IMG/VR virus record: IMGVR_UViG_3300033067_001623
Location: 1 to 47,338 of that record
DNA from: a virus
Taxonomy: Duplodnaviria > Caudoviricetes
Length of the DNA stretch: 47,338 nucleotides
Direction: 5' to 3' (one strand)
Part shown: positions 46,655 to 47,338 of the stretch, piece after piece
Numbering within the stretch: position 1 is the stretch's first letter
How the letters are laid out: every line of letters starts with the position of its first letter
Program-made: the position numbers and the translations under genes
Notes under the pieces: model-generated
The model's database searches: none
Seen by the model: the letters and a program-made list of their open reading frames with translations, nothing else
What the model was told of the DNA's origin: nothing

Positions 46655-47338
46655 CTATATCATCATAGTGGATCTAAAAGCAAACGATCTCAATCTTGAT
46701 AATTATAAACAATATGCCTATAATACATGGGAATGGTATTGTGAGAAACATCAAATAGAATTGATTAAATTGACTCAACCATTAATGGATACAGAGTTAA
46801 TGAGACCTACATGGCAACGTTGGCATATATTTGATGTATTGCAGGCAAATGATATAAATCAAGTTGGTAGAATTGCTATGGTCGATATTGATACCATGGT
46901 AAGATGGGATACTCCTAATCTATTTGACATTGTTCCTGCCTATATGTATGGTGGTGTAAAAGATGATTTAAGTATTGAATGGATTTGGAATAGTATTCAA
47001 GGTTATAAACATTTATTCCCAAATGTAGAACTTGAATGGACAAGCTATATCAATAATGGAATATTAGTATTACCAGAAGGAGATGCATCATTATTTTGTA
47101 AAAAAGTAACAGAGTTTTATAAAGATAATTTTCAGGAATTAAGGAAGTTACAACATGAAACATTGAGGAAGGGTACAGATCAAACACCAGTCAATTATTT
47201 AGCAAGGGAATATTTTGGAGATAAAAGAATATTTTATTTACCAAAAACTTACAATCTGACTCATATCTATAAAACCGACTCAGCGATTGATAACATTTAT
47301 ATAAAATGTGCATATATTTGGCATTTCAATGGAATACC
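46635..47338 (+). CDS. GT-A glycosyltransferase (GT8/GT34-like), 3'-truncated, absent from the ORF track
   Basis: Manual translation from ATG 46635: MEEKLTNY...W..YCEKH...VDIDT (DxD)...YINNG...DQT.VN...YN...WHFNG. Frame stays open to the window end. Confidence 0.8.
   Translation, partial: MEEKLTNYIIIVDLKANDLNLDNYKQYAYNTWEWYCEKHQIELIKLTQPLMDTELMRPTWQRWHIFDVLQANDINQVGRIAMVDIDTMVRWDTPNLFDIVPAYMYGGVKDDLSIEWIWNSIQGYKHLFPNVELEWTSYINNGILVLPEGDASLFCKKVTEFYKDNFQELRKLQHETLRKGTDQTPVNYLAREYFGDKRIFYLPKTYNLTHIYKTDSAIDNIYIKCAYIWHFNGI

Noticed and set aside
1-47338. tRNA, rRNA or structured ncRNA (including a preQ1 riboswitch before the que genes)
   Set aside because: Intergenic gaps are short and AT-rich, and no cloverleaf or riboswitch pattern was recognised. 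tRNAscan-SE and Infernal were not run.

Overview
This is a fragment of a large, AT-rich, T4-like (contractile-tailed) dsDNA phage genome. Nearly all credible genes lie on the + strand and use the standard code. Region 1-15 kb is the neck/tail/baseplate module: neck proteins, tail completion protein, sheath, three tail-tube paralogues, a holin-like protein, a tail chaperone with a probable frameshifted extension, tape measure, LysM and hub proteins. Region 15-40 kb is the replication/recombination module: a short PolA-like enzyme, SSB, UvsX/RecA, 5'-3' exonuclease, helicase, PolB, clamp, clamp loader and a RecB/Cas4-like nuclease. Interleaved with it is a complete 7-deazaguanine DNA-modification pathway (queE, folE, queC, dpdA, queD), and a glycosyltransferase-like gene directly abuts queD. 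Region 40-47 kb is a dense cluster of glycosyltransferase, acetyltransferase and phosphatase genes. Five intergenic TTTG-N20-TA promoter-like elements and several gene features point to a Bacteroidota host. Three of these elements carry an identical palindromic operator-like box. The best candidate for an undescribed system is a co-regulated deazaguanine plus glycosyltransferase DNA hypermodification module. All product calls come from motif recognition by eye; no database searches were run.
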